Program-made: the position numbers and the translations under genes
Notes under the pieces: model-generated
What the model saw: the letters and a program-made list of their open reading frames with translations, nothing else
What the model was told of the DNA's origin: nothing
Databases searched by the model: none
In this document: positions 1 to 13,302 of the stretch, one piece after another
Position numbering within the stretch: position 1 is the stretch's first letter
How the letters are laid out: every line of letters begins with the position of its first letter
Source of the DNA: Moniliella sp. 'wahieum'
Lineage: Eukaryota
Assembly: GCA_003971905.1 (NCBI GenBank)
Contig: RSEE01000035.1
Coordinates: 62,001 to 126,000 of the forward strand
Length of the DNA stretch: 64,000 nt
Reading direction: 5' to 3'

Positions 1-1482
1 GGGTTCTTGGTGGACTCTTACCCCCGATGTGTTGGCCGAATGGCGCACAGGGAAGAAAGCGGTTGTCGTTCGGACCCAGCTAGGGCACATTGACGCGCCT
101 CGACGCCCTACAACGGCTACTACTCAGGCTGCCGCGTCGGGTGGGTCGGTAAAGCATGATCGCAAAGCGCCACGGACCGTACCTCCGCCGTCTTCTGCTG
201 CCAGTCGCGAGTCGAGTGTGCCAGGTTCCAGTCCCATGGGCAATGCCACTGTCCCCGCGCCGTTGCCACCGCTGGGCTTGGGCTTCTCGACGGGCTTACC
301 TGGGTCAAGTTTATGACGCCCATGGTCACTTCGCCGGCGATTCCCCCGCCAACGTCTTTACCCCTTTCTGGCCTTCCTTCACCCGAAGTTGCAACCACCC
401 CGTTAGGCCTGCAATTTGGCACACCTTCCTTCGATTCCGTGCCACCTGCACAACGACTGCCCGCATTTAACAGCCCGCTGCAGCCCGTGTCAGCAAGCTG
501 GGCAACCCCTTCGTCGGTGTCAGCGCCTTCCTTGGCCCATAGCCCGACTCAGCAATTGTAAGCACACCCTCCCTTCCCTTCGCTCGTTGCTCGTTGCTTG
601 TCGCGCAATCCTTCTTTCTGTTGTCTGTCGCCTGCTGTTGGAGTAACGGCTCTTCTCCTCTCCCCTCCCCCTATTGCCACCTAGATCACGCCCTGTGGGT
701 TAAAATATACATGATGCTGATCCCCACTTTTTTATCTTTGCTTTTTGCAGATCAGCGAATACGATAGGCGTTACAACGCCCGCTTTCGGTACCTTGCCTG
801 CCGCAAGTTTAGCCCCCGCCCCAGATGATGGTCCAACCAACCCCATCCGAGCTGAGATGGACATCATTTTTGGTTGGTCTGGTGGTGACGAACTCAAGAA
901 GGATGGGTGGAATGAACCAAGAGAGTCGACCGAGACAACACCCCCTTGGTGGCAGATAAAGCCATGGCCGGACCATTTCTGGCTGAACACGAGTCAATCC
1001 TAAGCCCCAGCCCTTCCGACTCGAGCGGTGCGAGCGTACAAACGTGGTTTGAGCGCACGAGCGATGAGGCACCAGAGATGGCGGGTCGCAGCCTTTCCTT
1101 TCTTGGTATCCCACCAGATGTGGTGTTCGCCTCCTTGAGGGAGGGGGCGAATGGTCCCGGTCCCAAGCCCTTGGTACCCGATTCGGACTCCCCCCTCCCA
1201 CGCCTCCTGACCAATCCGAGTCCGACGATCGGGACTGAACGCTGGTAAGCGTTGCTGCCAGTGCTTACATCCCTCCTCTGCTGTGAGACGCGATTCCCCC
1301 AACTGCCAGATGCACGCCTGCAGACATTCCGTCCTGTCCCCCCAAGTCTTCCTATTGGAGTAGCCTGGCAGCTGTCCCTCTTCCCCCGTCATCCTCGTCT
1401 TGGTTTCGAAATCGCTCTGTGCAGTTCTGTACGATTAGTCCTTGTTCTCGTCCTGGTTGTTGCCTTCCCCACCCCTTATTAG
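1..1482 (+). CDS. 3' part of a spliced gene entering from the left edge; possibly a forkhead transcription factor
   Basis: Frame 2 opens with GSWWTL (2-19), resembling the G-K-G-S-[YW]-W-T-L end of a forkhead domain. A Pro/Ser-rich tail follows. GTAAGC donors at 558 and 1245 pair with acceptors at 750 (ttttgcag) and 1323 (cctgcag); splicing 558-750 rejoins the 794..1003 frame. Frameshifts are present and the 3' end is uncertain. Confidence 0.35.
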
Positions 1483-4320
1483 TAGCACTGCACTGGCTTC
1501 TTTGTCCTGTCGCGCTGTCTACGTTGGAAAAAACGTTCTATTTTCCTTGGCTCTCGATCCGCCTGACCCGGTATGATGGTCAGCACCTATCTTCTCTTCA
1601 CCTACCTTTATGAAAACCCCTTCTATGAAACGTCGTTCTCATCGCTGCCCATTGTTCTGTGTCGAAGCTGTGTGGCCACAGGATATATCGGCTTGCTAGC
1701 TTGGCGCTTCGTCAGCGACTTCTATATTTGAGTATCGACGGTAAACAATATGACTTGGTGGCAACCTGTTTGCTTAGTTGAGTGTTGTTTGGTACCTATC
1801 ACATCATCCACATCTCGACCCAATTCTGTGATATCCCATTGGACTCTTCTCAGGCCCTGGGGAATGGCCCCAACTCAGATCTCACGTGTAATATACCTTG
1901 GTGGCCTTTGTTTTGCCCTCCGCCCGCCTCACCGATTCGACCAGGGTGCGAGATACCGGCCAAGAAAAGACCAAAGGGGTAGCTCTTCTCCTTTGTCTGA
2001 ATAAGGGTCTATATTCCTTCGTCCTCTGTCCTAAGGGCTTTTGTTCTCCTCTGCAGCCCGGGTAAGGACTTGAACGTCTCATCTCCCTCTGCCTCTACCT
2101 CTACATTTCCCCCGCGCGCTGTAGTCATTATCGTACTGTGCTTGGCTTGGGCCCTCGGTCGAAAACCCATCTCTATAGTCACTAGTAGTCAGCATATATG
2201 TATTTGCTTCCCCACGTTGAGGTCCACAGGTAGCACCTGTTCCCATTAAAAGCGGTGTATACCACAACCGAGACCCCATGGTGGGCAGGTGGAGTCCATG
2301 AGGCCTCGGTGGGGCCTGAGCGACCGGGGAACACCGCCGAATTTAGCTCGGGATCGTTGCGTGTGACATGTGAGATGCGGGAAAACTTTGTGAGACCTGA
2401 GACGATGATGCCGATGATGCTGTGGAAGCTGAGCGGATTGTTGAGAATTAGGTCTGACTAGTGTTTACGGGGTTTTATTGAGTACTCTCATTGCATCAGT
2501 TCCAGCGTAGCGTACTACTAGTAGTAGTCATCAGTAGTACTTAATGGAACAGTGTGGGGTATCCAAAACGATGCTAAAAGTTTGTTGACGCACATGCCAT
2601 CTCGATGATCGATGATCGAGATCATCTGACATGGTAGTGACGAATTTCCACAACAGAGAGCGCCTTGGTCTAGCGAGGCAGTTGTCATGCATCGTGGGGG
2701 AAGTGGTGGAGGTCGTTTTTCCTTTTGTGCGCCCACTTTGCCTATGGGGATGATCGATGTGAAGCCAGAGCAAAATGTGTTGCTATGCGCCGATGTTTTT
2801 GCTGTGATACTATGATGCTTTCGTCTCTATTGTCTTTATTTTCGCTTTTAGCGCCTGCGGCTGCTACTATTTGTCCGCGCCCAAACAAGATTGCTACCAG
2901 CTTCTGACTACTACTGAGTAGTGGAGATTGGGGAGTATAACTGTTGCCATAAAGGGCAACCCAGGGAGAAAACGCCGGAGAAAATAGGCGGATATATTCA
3001 TTTATTGACCCTGTTGACAACAAAAACATGTCAAAATCCTCGAAGAGAGCCCCCGCCTGTGTATGTGTATAGGTCTTGCTCCGGGAAGAGGATCGTGACT
3101 CAAACTATGTCAACACGAGCGAAACAAAAAGAAAGGGAACCAGTTTTCAATAAGAAAGCCTATACGAGATCTGAGATCTGAGAGAGAATGCGTTGAACGC
3201 GTTGGGGGATCTCGTCGGGCCATAGAGGTCATAATAGGGTCAACGGACGTGTGTGACTCTGTCACATTAGCCCCACATGTAGTAGTAGTCACATGTCACA
3301 TGTCAAAGGCGAAGATGTATCGGAGCTATATGCCGAACACGAGCACCTTCGCATCAGTGGAATTCATGTAGGTGTACTGATCAGTTGCTCTTCATGTGCA
3401 TCGCTTTCCCCGCCATATACGCCGGTCGTCACAATGTTTATGGGGCGGGAGAGGCAGCGGTACTATAATACTCCCACTGTTGCGTATATTACTCTCTACT
3501 ATATAGCTACCTCTGCTTCTATATAGTTCCCCGTCTACGTATCATAGTATGCATGCATGCTATACTCAGAGTATCCTGCTGTGTTCCTCATATTCCCGCA
3601 ACTGCGATGAGGCGCCCGGAGATCGGGAAGGTGAGGGGGTTACCGGTTATGGTAAAAATATGTATACAGTGCCCTAATTAGTAGCTTTTCGCAGCGCTTC
3701 ATCGATCAAGAATGATTAATGAGCGCAGTGGCGATCAGAGTATAATGGGCAGTGGACGGAGTGGCGACACTGTTTAGGTCGCTCGCAAAACTCGGTATAT
3801 TAGGGCCAACTGAAATTAGTACAACAAAAAAAGGTCGAAGCGATGTGGGGTGCGTGTGCCTTCCCCGTTGTGTTAGACAGTCTGGTTTAGCTTTTGCCTC
3901 ATCCCCACATTGGACCATCTCGATGGATCATGGTGACTCTGTCCGCTTTTAATGACCGCGGGAAGGGGCATCGGTGCTTGGAAATCTACTACATAGTAGT
4001 CGGTGCCCCTCGCATCTTTTGCCCACAATCGAAATCTTAGAGCCCCTGCCCGCCTCTCATTCTATACATGGTCTTTTCTCACGGTTCTATCGGCCGCCTT
4101 GGTTAGGAGGAGTTATAAGGATGACGGTCAGGAAAATATTGGTCCCCACACCACTTCCCGCCAGCGGGAGGAGGTTGGTGGAAAACATTGTGAGGCGACA
4201 GAGAGCGTCGCAGGGTTCCTGCTGGCGAAACCGTGACGGGAACGAGTATCGAGACAAGAGACCGGCAAGGGAGAAAAAGAACGAAGGAAAACAGAGGAAA
4301 ACGGCTTTGCAAGGGACAGC

Positions 4321-7300
4321 TCACTGGGCCACTCCATGAACCGAGACGTGGCCAGCACGAGGCAGCACGGAGACAGGGACCGGGCCAAGTGATTGGCTCA
4401 TGTTGGAGTTACCTTGAGGGGCGGAGGGACTGGCCTCGCTGCCAGGTCCGGCCATGGATGGTTGGGTCCATTCCGATGCTAAGGACGAACGGAGCTCGAT
4501 ACCTTCCCGAGCGAAAGGCCGAGACGGCGGGAGCAAGTCCCGATTCGCCTCTTGCTCAAGACTTGGCGCAGCAGACGACGTGGAGGGATGATAGCCATGC
4601 AGGCTCCTGCTAGCGAAAGGATCGCTGGCCCCATGCGTAGCGTCTGAGCCACCGAATGAGCTAGTGCGAGCGTAACCGTGCGAACGCGCCTGGCCTCGAC
4701 CATCCTCCACGTCAGATGCGTCGTTGTTGGAAGGGTACTGGATGGCCCGGGCGTAAGCACGCAAGGAAGAGGAGGCGTCCAAGCTTTGCCTCAGCTCGGT
4801 GGGTGGACTGGTGGCTCCGGTGCCTCTGAGCCCAAGTCCATTCGGTGGACCAGGGGTCAAGTCCATGAACGTCGCCCGTGTCGCAGAGTGAGACGAAGCA
4901 AGGCCAAGGAGGTCGTCCTGATCATCGGATCCAGTTCCCACCGCTCTCGCAGCCCAAACGACCGCACTGTCGGTGCACGACCACCGGCGTCGCAGGTATC
5001 CCAGCGTCCGCATCTCGGGTCGAGAACGAACGAATCGTGCCTGCTCTATGTGGCCGCTCGACACTGGACCGAGATGCCGCCCCAACAGCCACAGAGCTAA
5101 GACGGTGAGTCCTCCCTGCTTTGGACCCGTTCTTTCGTGTTTTCCAGCACCAGCCCAGCACACCCCCTCCGACCAAGAGAACGACACCCAGAGCGGTGCC
5201 GACGCCAATTAAAGCGTCGCGCACGCTATGGGAACCCGACGTACCTGGGCGGGCGTGCAACTGGGAGGATGATGAAGAGTAGGTGCCAGCAGATGACAAA
5301 ACGTTGTATCCTGGGTCAATGTAGGACGCCAACTGCTTAGCCACCGTCGAGGACTGCTTGGTAAACAACTGGGAGGAAGTGTTACGGAGAGCAGACTGAA
5401 GCGTCGCCACCTGATCCGTGGGAATGTAGGCAATAAACAGCGTCGAAGCGTTCCAATTGTCAGAGGAAGCCGCTTTGGCCGTCGTCGCCTTGGCATCGTT
5501 GTAGGCTTCCAGAGCAGCCGCCGTCACGTTGGTAACCGGAATGGATAAGGCCTAATGAGTGTATAAGTCAGTTTCCTGGTCGAGAAGGGAAGTATGACAT
5601 GCAAACGTACCTTGGCCAACACTTGCGGCATGAACTGGAATAATTGAGCAGGAAGCTCTCCTGCGTTGGGACCGGCCACGTCAGACCAAGCGAGCCGATC
5701 GACAAAGTGGATTGCAACGCTGGTTGTTCCTGGCGGCTGAGTTGGCGATGCCATGGGTTCGATCGCCATAGGAAGGGAGGGTGCATGAGATGGTGATGGC
5801 GATGGCGATGGCGATGACGACGGAGCGGCAGAGCGGCTGGATGACTGGACGCTTGTGTCACTGCCAGAAGAAGACCCGCGGCTGCTCGATCCATATACGG
5901 AAACGCTGCTCTGGGAGGAGGAGCTTGGTGCGGGAGTGGAGGCACTTTGAGGCGTAGACGACGGAGTCGCGGAGTAGCTTGAGGAAGATGGAGACGGCGG
6001 GACCAAGAGCGACGAGGTGGGGGCATAGCTGTACGGCTCGTATGGGCTGCTGCTGCTGCTGCTCCTGGTGCTGCTGCTCCTGGTGCTGCTCGTAGTGCTA
6101 GTATGGCGCCAGCTGCTAGTGGAAGACGACGAGGAAGCACTGGACGAAGACCAACTCTTGCTTTCACTGGTAGGGTAGGACAAGACACTCGATCGTGAGG
6201 TGTAGGTAGCGGAACTGCTCGAGTCCATGCCCGAACGGGAGCTGCTCGTGAGCACACTTGAATGAGAGCTAGATGAGGACGCCGAAGAACCAGGCTTGGA
6301 ACGCGACAGGGACCCGTTGGAGCTGAAACTAGCTGTACCTGTCCCAAAGAAGCTAGAGGAACCAAAAGAGGAGGGGAAACTGGATGAACGGACAGGGGAA
6401 GAATGAGAAATCGAGCTCGGGGAACCGGACGCCGAGGTCGAACTGTGGTCAGAGTCCGTCGAGGAAGAAATCCCCACCGAGTGGGAATGGGTGGGGCTGG
6501 AACTTGACCGCATCGTTCCACTAGAAGATGATACATCCGAGCTTAAATGGCGACCTGTGCTTGAGTGCACTCCAGAGCTGGAGGGTTTACCAGAGCTTGA
6601 GATGATGGAAGAGGACGTGGGCCACGGCCACCACCAGCGGAAGAAGAAGAGGAAGAGCTCCTGCTCGATTCAGTTCCTGACGAGCTCAACGACGTACTCT
6701 GTGACCGTGACACGGAGGATGAGAGTACCGAAGTGGGCTTGTTGGTAAATGAGAGCGAGGAAGGCCGCTTGCTCTGTGAGTGCGAACCACTAGAGGCGGA
6801 AGCGTGGCTCACCGATGAGGAAGATGCACTACCGCCTGATTTTCCCCAACTGGAGCTTGCTTCAGTTGCCGACGTGGACGAGCCCAGAGAGGCCGAGTGG
6901 CTGTGAGACCTGAACTGGCTGGTCGATGAGATACTGGAGGACATTAGAGAGGGCAGGCTCGAGCTGCCGCTGTGCATCGATCCCGACTTTGAACTCAGTC
7001 CAGCACTACTTGAACCGTACGTGGATGCGCTCGGGCGGTAAGACGGACGGTGCGACCTCCAACCCGTCGACGACGATTTGAAAGAAACGGAACTGAGCCA
7101 CCAAGGGAATGAGGAGCTACGTTGGCTTCCGGATCCCGTTCCAAATATGACCGACGAGCTTGACACATGGGAGGAGGGGTAAGAGCGGGAGGGAGAGATC
7201 GATGGGGACACAGCCGTAGACAAGTTCGAATGGGATGTTGGCACACTTGCAACTGAGGAGGACTTTGTAGGGGTGGCGGTGGATATGGTGTCGGATGAGC

Positions 7301-9453
7301 TCAAACTCGACACGCTGATGGTGGGGAAACCTTGATTCGTCGAAGAACGCGACCACGGCATATGTGTGTTCGACTTAATGCTCCCGCTGCTTTGTACACT
7401 GTTCGAACCGGACGAAGAGCTAACCCCACTGCTCTTCCCTGATGTGGGTGAATTAGAAGAGGAGCGATGGTATGGTTGCGAGCTCACGGGGCTAGACCAA
7501 ATAGGCGATGTCTCCGTGTTCGATTGGCTTCCGACTCCCGACAACGAAGTGAGCATCGACCTCGAGGCGGAAGAGGACTGCGACGATCGCGATGGCCGCC
7601 ATGATCCTGGGTGCCGTGAACGAGTACGGCTGTGGTGCCATGAGAATGATCTTACAGAGGAGGGATGGAATGAGCTTGCAGAGAAGGATCCATATCCTGA
7701 GCTTGAGCGATATCCTCCACTGGGCGTAGACCTGGTACTGGATGACACTGAGGCGTCGCTTGAAGGGCCACCGCGAGAATTTGAAGACGTGAATGAGGTT
7801 CTTGATGTAGACGAAGCATCTGTACTGAGGCTTTCACTTGAACCGCTGCTGCCGCTGTACACAGACTGAGCACCTGAGGACAGAGAGATCGAGTTGGACG
7901 AATGCTTGGACGAATGCTGCCAGGACAAACTCGAAGAGCGAGTAGAATCCGAACGTTGACTTGATCCACTCCCTGATGGATAGGTTGAGGAGGACGCAGG
8001 GTGATGGAAGCTTGTCCAGCTACCACTCGTTGAACCGGCAGATGACAACTGGTGTGACGAAGACGAGTAGGAGTGAGTTGCGGATGAGCTGGGTTGGTGG
8101 AACGAGTTTTGTGCCAGACTGGAGCTGTAGGATTCGGAGGCTTTCCCGCTCGAAGAAGGCAAGGCAGAACGAGACGAAGAGCCAGCACCCGATCCTGACC
8201 CCGTACTGCTCTCCGAAGGACGCCAGCTCGAGGAAATGTGCGAGGGGGATGAGCGGGAGCTGGACCGGGACCGACTGGACGGAAATTCAGACGAGCTAGA
8301 CCCTCCATATCCAGATCCCTCACTTGAAGACCCCCAGCTCAACGAAGAGGATGGGTGGCGATGAGAGCTGGACCACGGCTGCGACGAAGATTTCCAGCTA
8401 GCACTCGAAGCCGAAGGGGAGCGATATGACGAACTAGACCATTTCGAGGAGCTCAACCAGCTGCTTTGACCTGACTTCATACTCGAATCAGAACCTGAGC
8501 CGGAGCCATCCGTCCCGGTGGGTAGCCAGCTGGAGGTAACAGAGGAAGAAGGGTGGTGATATGAAGAGCTGGTGTGCCTGCTGGTACCAGAAGCCGAGGC
8601 TCCGCCATCCGTACTCGAGGATTGCCAGCTAGAGGTAGGAGAAGAAGGGCGGTAATGCGAAGAACTGGACCAGCTCCCGTGCCCTGAACTCGAAGTCAAA
8701 CCGTCGGTGCTCGAATGCGGCCAGCTAGAAGCCGGAGGGGACGAAGAGTGATAATGGGAAGACCTGGACCAGCTGTTTTGTCCCGATTCCGTGCCTGATC
8801 CTGATTCAGAACCAGATCCAGAACCCGAACCCGAGCCTGACCCATGCATACTCGAAGGATGCCAAGCGGAAGACGAAAAAGAAGAAGAGGGATGGTAGCG
8901 AGAAGAACTAGACCAATCGCTCCTTCCCGATCCCGACCCCGATCCCGAACTGGATCCGTCCGCGCTGGATGAGGTCGGGCTGGATGAAAAGGAGGAGGAA
9001 CGGTATTGTGAAGAACTGGACCAACTGTTCCCGGAACCGGATCCGGAGCCATCGGTGCTCGAGGGTTTCCAGGTCGAGACAGAAGACGAAGAAGGGTGGG
9101 GATGAGACGAGCTGGACCAGAGGGAGGATGAGTGAGACCGGCTGCTCTGTCCGTCCCCGTAAGATGATGCAGGGTGGAGGGTGGATTGCGAAGACCGAGA
9201 TGCCCCTGAGAAGAACTGGACTGCGAGTCGTCCTGGCCATTGTCATCGCTGTCACTCGACCCATCAGCGTCGAGGTCGGCATCGTGGGTGCGGTGCCAGG
9301 CGTTGACGAGGTTCGGGGTAACAGTGACAGACTGCTCGTAGCGGGAGGCAAGGTGGGCGTGGCGATGGAGGTGCGCATGGTGTGGCTCGGTTGCAGGACC
9401 AGCTGCAGCTGCGGCAGCCACAGCACCCAGGAGGAGAAAAGGGTGCAGCGCAT
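4321..9453 (-). CDS. MSB2: Msb2/Hkr1-like signalling mucin (signal peptide, ~1200 aa Ser-rich ectodomain, HMH domain, single TM, cytoplasmic tail)
   Basis: ATG at 9453 (ccgccATG) leads, across one indel, into the signal-like LLLGAVAAAAAAGP. Ser-rich ORFs follow at 6543..8849 and 5524..6570. HMH-like segments IEPMASPTQPPGTTSVAIHF..AQLFQFMPQVLA and TLFIAYIPTDQVATLQSALRN..SQLF are separated by an intron (~5552-5610). The TM is LIGVGTALGVVLLVGGGVLGWCW followed by KTRK. Several frameshifts. Confidence 0.75.
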
Positions 9454-9928
9454 GGCGGGGACGGGGGGGGAAGAGCAGGGCGCCAGGCCCGTGGCAAGAG
9501 GAGTGGCGGAGAGAAGGTTGGGAGGGGGAGGGAGGAGGCGTCGCCGTCAAGACGAGTGGCTGCGCCAGCGCAGGGAAGCCTCGGGGACGATGGTGGTGGG
9601 GGTGGGCAGGCCAAAGACAGACGACGGGCAGGAATGATCAACCATCACGCGTCAACGGAGCATGATGCCTGACGGCGGCGCAGCAGCCAGCCTCGACGGC
9701 ACACTGCCCCTGGGCGCCGCTGCCCCTCCACGTTGGATCAGCGATCACCGGGATCACCTGTAGTGCGCGGAGGAGGGCAGTGTGCGGGGTTGGCCCGATC
9801 GCAGCCAGCGTGGGGGCAGTCTCGTGTGGCTGCTGCGTGCCTGGTGCTGTCGGTTAAAACGTTAAATGCTCGGCTCAATCTTTCACGGCGTCCCTCAGGC
9901 TTCTGCAGTCCCCACCTCCATCTCCCCC

Positions 9929-12534
9929 ATGGTGGCCACCGTCCTCGCTCGCCATGCGGGTGCTGTGCGTCCGCGTCCGCCTCGCGCTGCCTTCCGCCGC
10001 TCTCCGCCTCAGGCCCCGCTCCTTCGTCACTCTCAGCCCCGAGGTTGCCGACGCCGTAGCCCGCGGCCAGCCTATCGTCGCGCTCGAGTCGACCATCATC
10101 TCCCACGGTCTGCCCTACCCGCGCAACCTCGAGGCCGCGAACCAAGTCGAGAACATGGTGCGCACCGCCGGCGCCGTGCCTGCCACCACGGCTCTGATCG
10201 ACGGCAAGGCCCTCGTCGGACTCACCCCCGCCCAACTCGCCCGTCTCGCCGAGCCGCCTGCCGAGGGCACCCCAGCGCCCGTCAAGACGTCGCGACGAGA
10301 CATTGCACGTGTGCTGGCTGCTGGGCCTGGTGCGGTGGGCGGCACAACGGTGAGCGGCACCATGGTTCTCTCTCATGCGGCCGGCATCCCCATCTTTGCC
10401 ACTGGTGGCATTGGCGGTGTGCACCGTGGCGGCCACAACTCCTCGACGTTTCAGCCGACCTGGCAGAGCTGGGTCGGACGCCTGTGGCAGTGTTTTGTTC
10501 GGGCGCCAAGTCAATTCTTGACATTCCTCGTACACTCGAGTACCTTGAAACTCAAGGGGTGAGTGTAGCTGCCTTTCGCCAGGCGCGCCAGGCTGCCAGC
10601 CGCGCCGAGTACGAATTGCCTTCGGCGACCCCGGGCTCCTGGGCCACCGCCTTGAACACCATCACCGCCTTTCCTTCGTTCTATACCGCCGCGTCGACAC
10701 GGCAGGTGCCCCTGATTGCCGGAACACAGCACGCAGCTGCGTGGATTGCTGCTTCTCATCGGGCCCACCTGGCTGGCGGGCTGGTGTTTGGGGTTCCGAT
10801 CCCGATCGAGCACGAGATGGGTGAGGAGATCACAGCAGTGGTGGAGCAGGCAGTGCGGGAATCGGAGGAGCAAGGAATTGCTTCCTCGGGTAAGGATGCC
10901 ACACCTTGGCTCTTGAAGCGGGTCAAGGAATTGTGCCCTGCCTCGGTCGATTCGAATGTGGCGCTGGTTACCAACAATGCCAAGCTCGCCGCCTGGACTG
11001 CCGTTGATCTCGCCCGCCTCAACAGCCGGCCGGCCGAGGAAAAGGTGTATGCCTCAGTGCAGCCGGGCCAGGAGGTGAGTGACTGATTCTGGTGGATGCG
11101 TAGATCCTATACGCGGTGGGGCTGATGCGAAATGCACCTTTTTTCTTCCCCTCGTCTTGCTGAATCGGACAGCGTGCGCCATCGGGCGTTTCTAGTCAGT
11201 CTCTTCCTGCACCCTGGATCAACGTGATTGGTGGTGCGGTGCTGGACATTACAACCCAACTTCTTGTTGACGCTGCCCACGCTCGCCATACCACTGGCCC
11301 AGGTACAGTGCGCGCGTCGTTGGGTGGCGTGGGTCGAAACATGGCGGAAGCGGCGCAACGTATGCTTGATACTCTCTCCCTGGCGCCACATGCACCCACC
11401 CATCTTCTTCCTGGCCCAGGTTCAGTTCGCTTTGTGGGACCAATCAATCAGAATGACCCGATCGCCATGTTTCTTCAGACACTGTGGGCCGCCGAAACGC
11501 CCGAGCTGCGGATGGATGGCTTGCTCCGCCTCACTGCCCACAGCGCTCAGGAAGGCACGCCCACCGCCTCGCTCGTCCTCGACGCCAACGGCGAGTTGGA
11601 ATGGGGCGCGATCCAGACCTCATTGGTGGAGCGGATGACGACGGAACAGATTGCCGCTGGCTTGGGAGCCGGTATCGATGACGCTGCCAATACGATTCCT
11701 GCGGCCATGGTGCTGGACAGTAATCTGCCCGTACCCACCCTTCGTGGTGCGCTCGAGAAGAACAGTGCGGAGGGCGGAATAGCGCTGGTGGAGCCTACAT
11801 CGGCGGTCAAGTCTGTGCGGGCAGTGGAAGCGTTGATGGCGGCGCAAGGAGAAGCGAGCAGAACGAAGGGCACGCGCCTTGTCACCCCTAACCTGCTCGA
11901 ATTGAAGAGGATGGTGACCCATGCGGAACAGCTTGCACCAGAGGCGTTCTTGTCCACTTTCCAAACCGTCAAAGGGGTACAAGCCGATCAAGCCTTGGCT
12001 GCGCTCCTCCCCCCTGCGCCCGAGGACAAGATGGGCACCTTACCGCAACTTTTGGCTTTCACCCATCTGGTTGGGCCCGTTGCCCTCACCCTCGGTCCAC
12101 AGGGTGTTCTGCTCGCGTTACCACCTAGTGTGCTGCCCCACCTGCCCCCCCGCACGGAAGATTGGAAGGAGGGCACGACGTGGCGCATGGCCAGCTTTGG
12201 CCCACAGGGCTTGCTCGAGTGGGAACTAATCCATGTCCCGCCTCCGCTCCAACTGGGTGCGGAGCGGGTGGTAAGTACGACCGGGGCAGGCGATACGTTA
12301 GCGGGTGCCTTGGTCGCCCTGCTGCAAGCGTGTCGCGCTTTGCATGCTCCGTCCCAGCCTGACGCACTCGCCTGGTCTCACCTCCGCTGCCCCCGTGCCG
12401 TCCTGGCCTTGGCCCAGGCAGCCGCGATCCAGACTCTGCTCTCGCCGCGTGCGGTGGGCGAGGTCCAGGCTCTGGCTAGCCTGCCCGAGCTGGGACCAAT
12501 TTGGCGCGCCTTCTTTGCGGCACCGAGTGCTTGA
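9929..12534 (+). CDS. bifunctional pseudouridine-5'-phosphate glycosidase (PsuG/IndA) - PfkB-family pseudouridine kinase fusion
   Basis: PsuG motifs: PIVALESTIISHGLPYPRN, GGTTVSGTM, FATGGIGGVHRGG, DVSADLAELGRTPVAVFCSGAKSILDIPRTLEYLETQGV, GKDATPWLL. PfkB motifs: GGVGRNMAEA, TPNLLEL, TTGAGD. A phase-0 intron (11075-11172) joins the halves in frame. Indels lie near the start and at ~10442. Confidence 0.92.
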
Positions 12535-13302
12535 AGTTCAAGCTTGAGCTCGTCGGGCGACGCTGCCGCTTACTATTATACTCAAGCCATAGCTATGGCA
12601 AAATTCAAGCTGGGACAGGAGAACCGGCGCGTCCTCCCCTGCTCGTCATTCATCTGGTACTTGTACCTACTCTCAGCAGACCCATGCGTGGCCTTGGCCC
12701 TCAGGCCAGGATCCTCTGGTTCACTCCGTCCTCGTTTCCAAATCGGATGTAGCCCAAGGATGGCCGTGGTGGACATTGGGGAGCAAAGAACTCATCATAC
12801 AATACATCATTTCCATGAAATTTGTGTGGCTCGATCCAGCCAGTTGTCCAGCATGAGTTGGTAGCAGCCTTGGTGGCACAGTACGCCGCTCGTGGCGCCA
12901 TGCGCATGGAAGGCCACTGGAGTGCAACCGCGAAGAGGCCACTACTACTGGAGGTTGCCGCTCCCGCCTGTGTTGTTGGGGGAAGGAAGACCAAGACAAT
13001 CGGCTGCCGTGACGAGGACGGACACCAGAAGCGCGCATCCACCATCATGCTCGGCCGTCGTGGCAGCAACGGGAGCAACCCACACACCAGAGACGTTTGC
13101 GCTGGTTGAGCGTTGAGGCGCTGAGCCCACTCGCCCATCGCACCGTCACGCGCGTCACGCGTCACTCTTCACCGATGGGGTCACCCCACTCGCCACATGC
13201 AGTCACTGGGTCGAGATGGTCCAAGCCTGTCCCAGCTGCCCCAACACGCGCGCCGCTCCATCTGCCACACCACCACCTGCCAAACAGCTGCACTGCAACC
13301 CC

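Noticed and set aside
1500..3950. Transposon/LTR relic or mating-type locus in the lower-GC interval
   Set aside because: No LTR/TIR, RT/transposase motifs, CAAX-ending pheromone ORF, receptor or homeodomain gene was detected.
12560..13110. Minus-strand spliced transcript or C/D snoRNA (ATGATGA ~12799 to CTGA ~12701; acceptor-like ccaacaacacag ~12968)
   Set aside because: No convincing terminal stem or rRNA-complementary guide could be identified, and no recognisable protein. It would need an Rfam or RNA-seq check.
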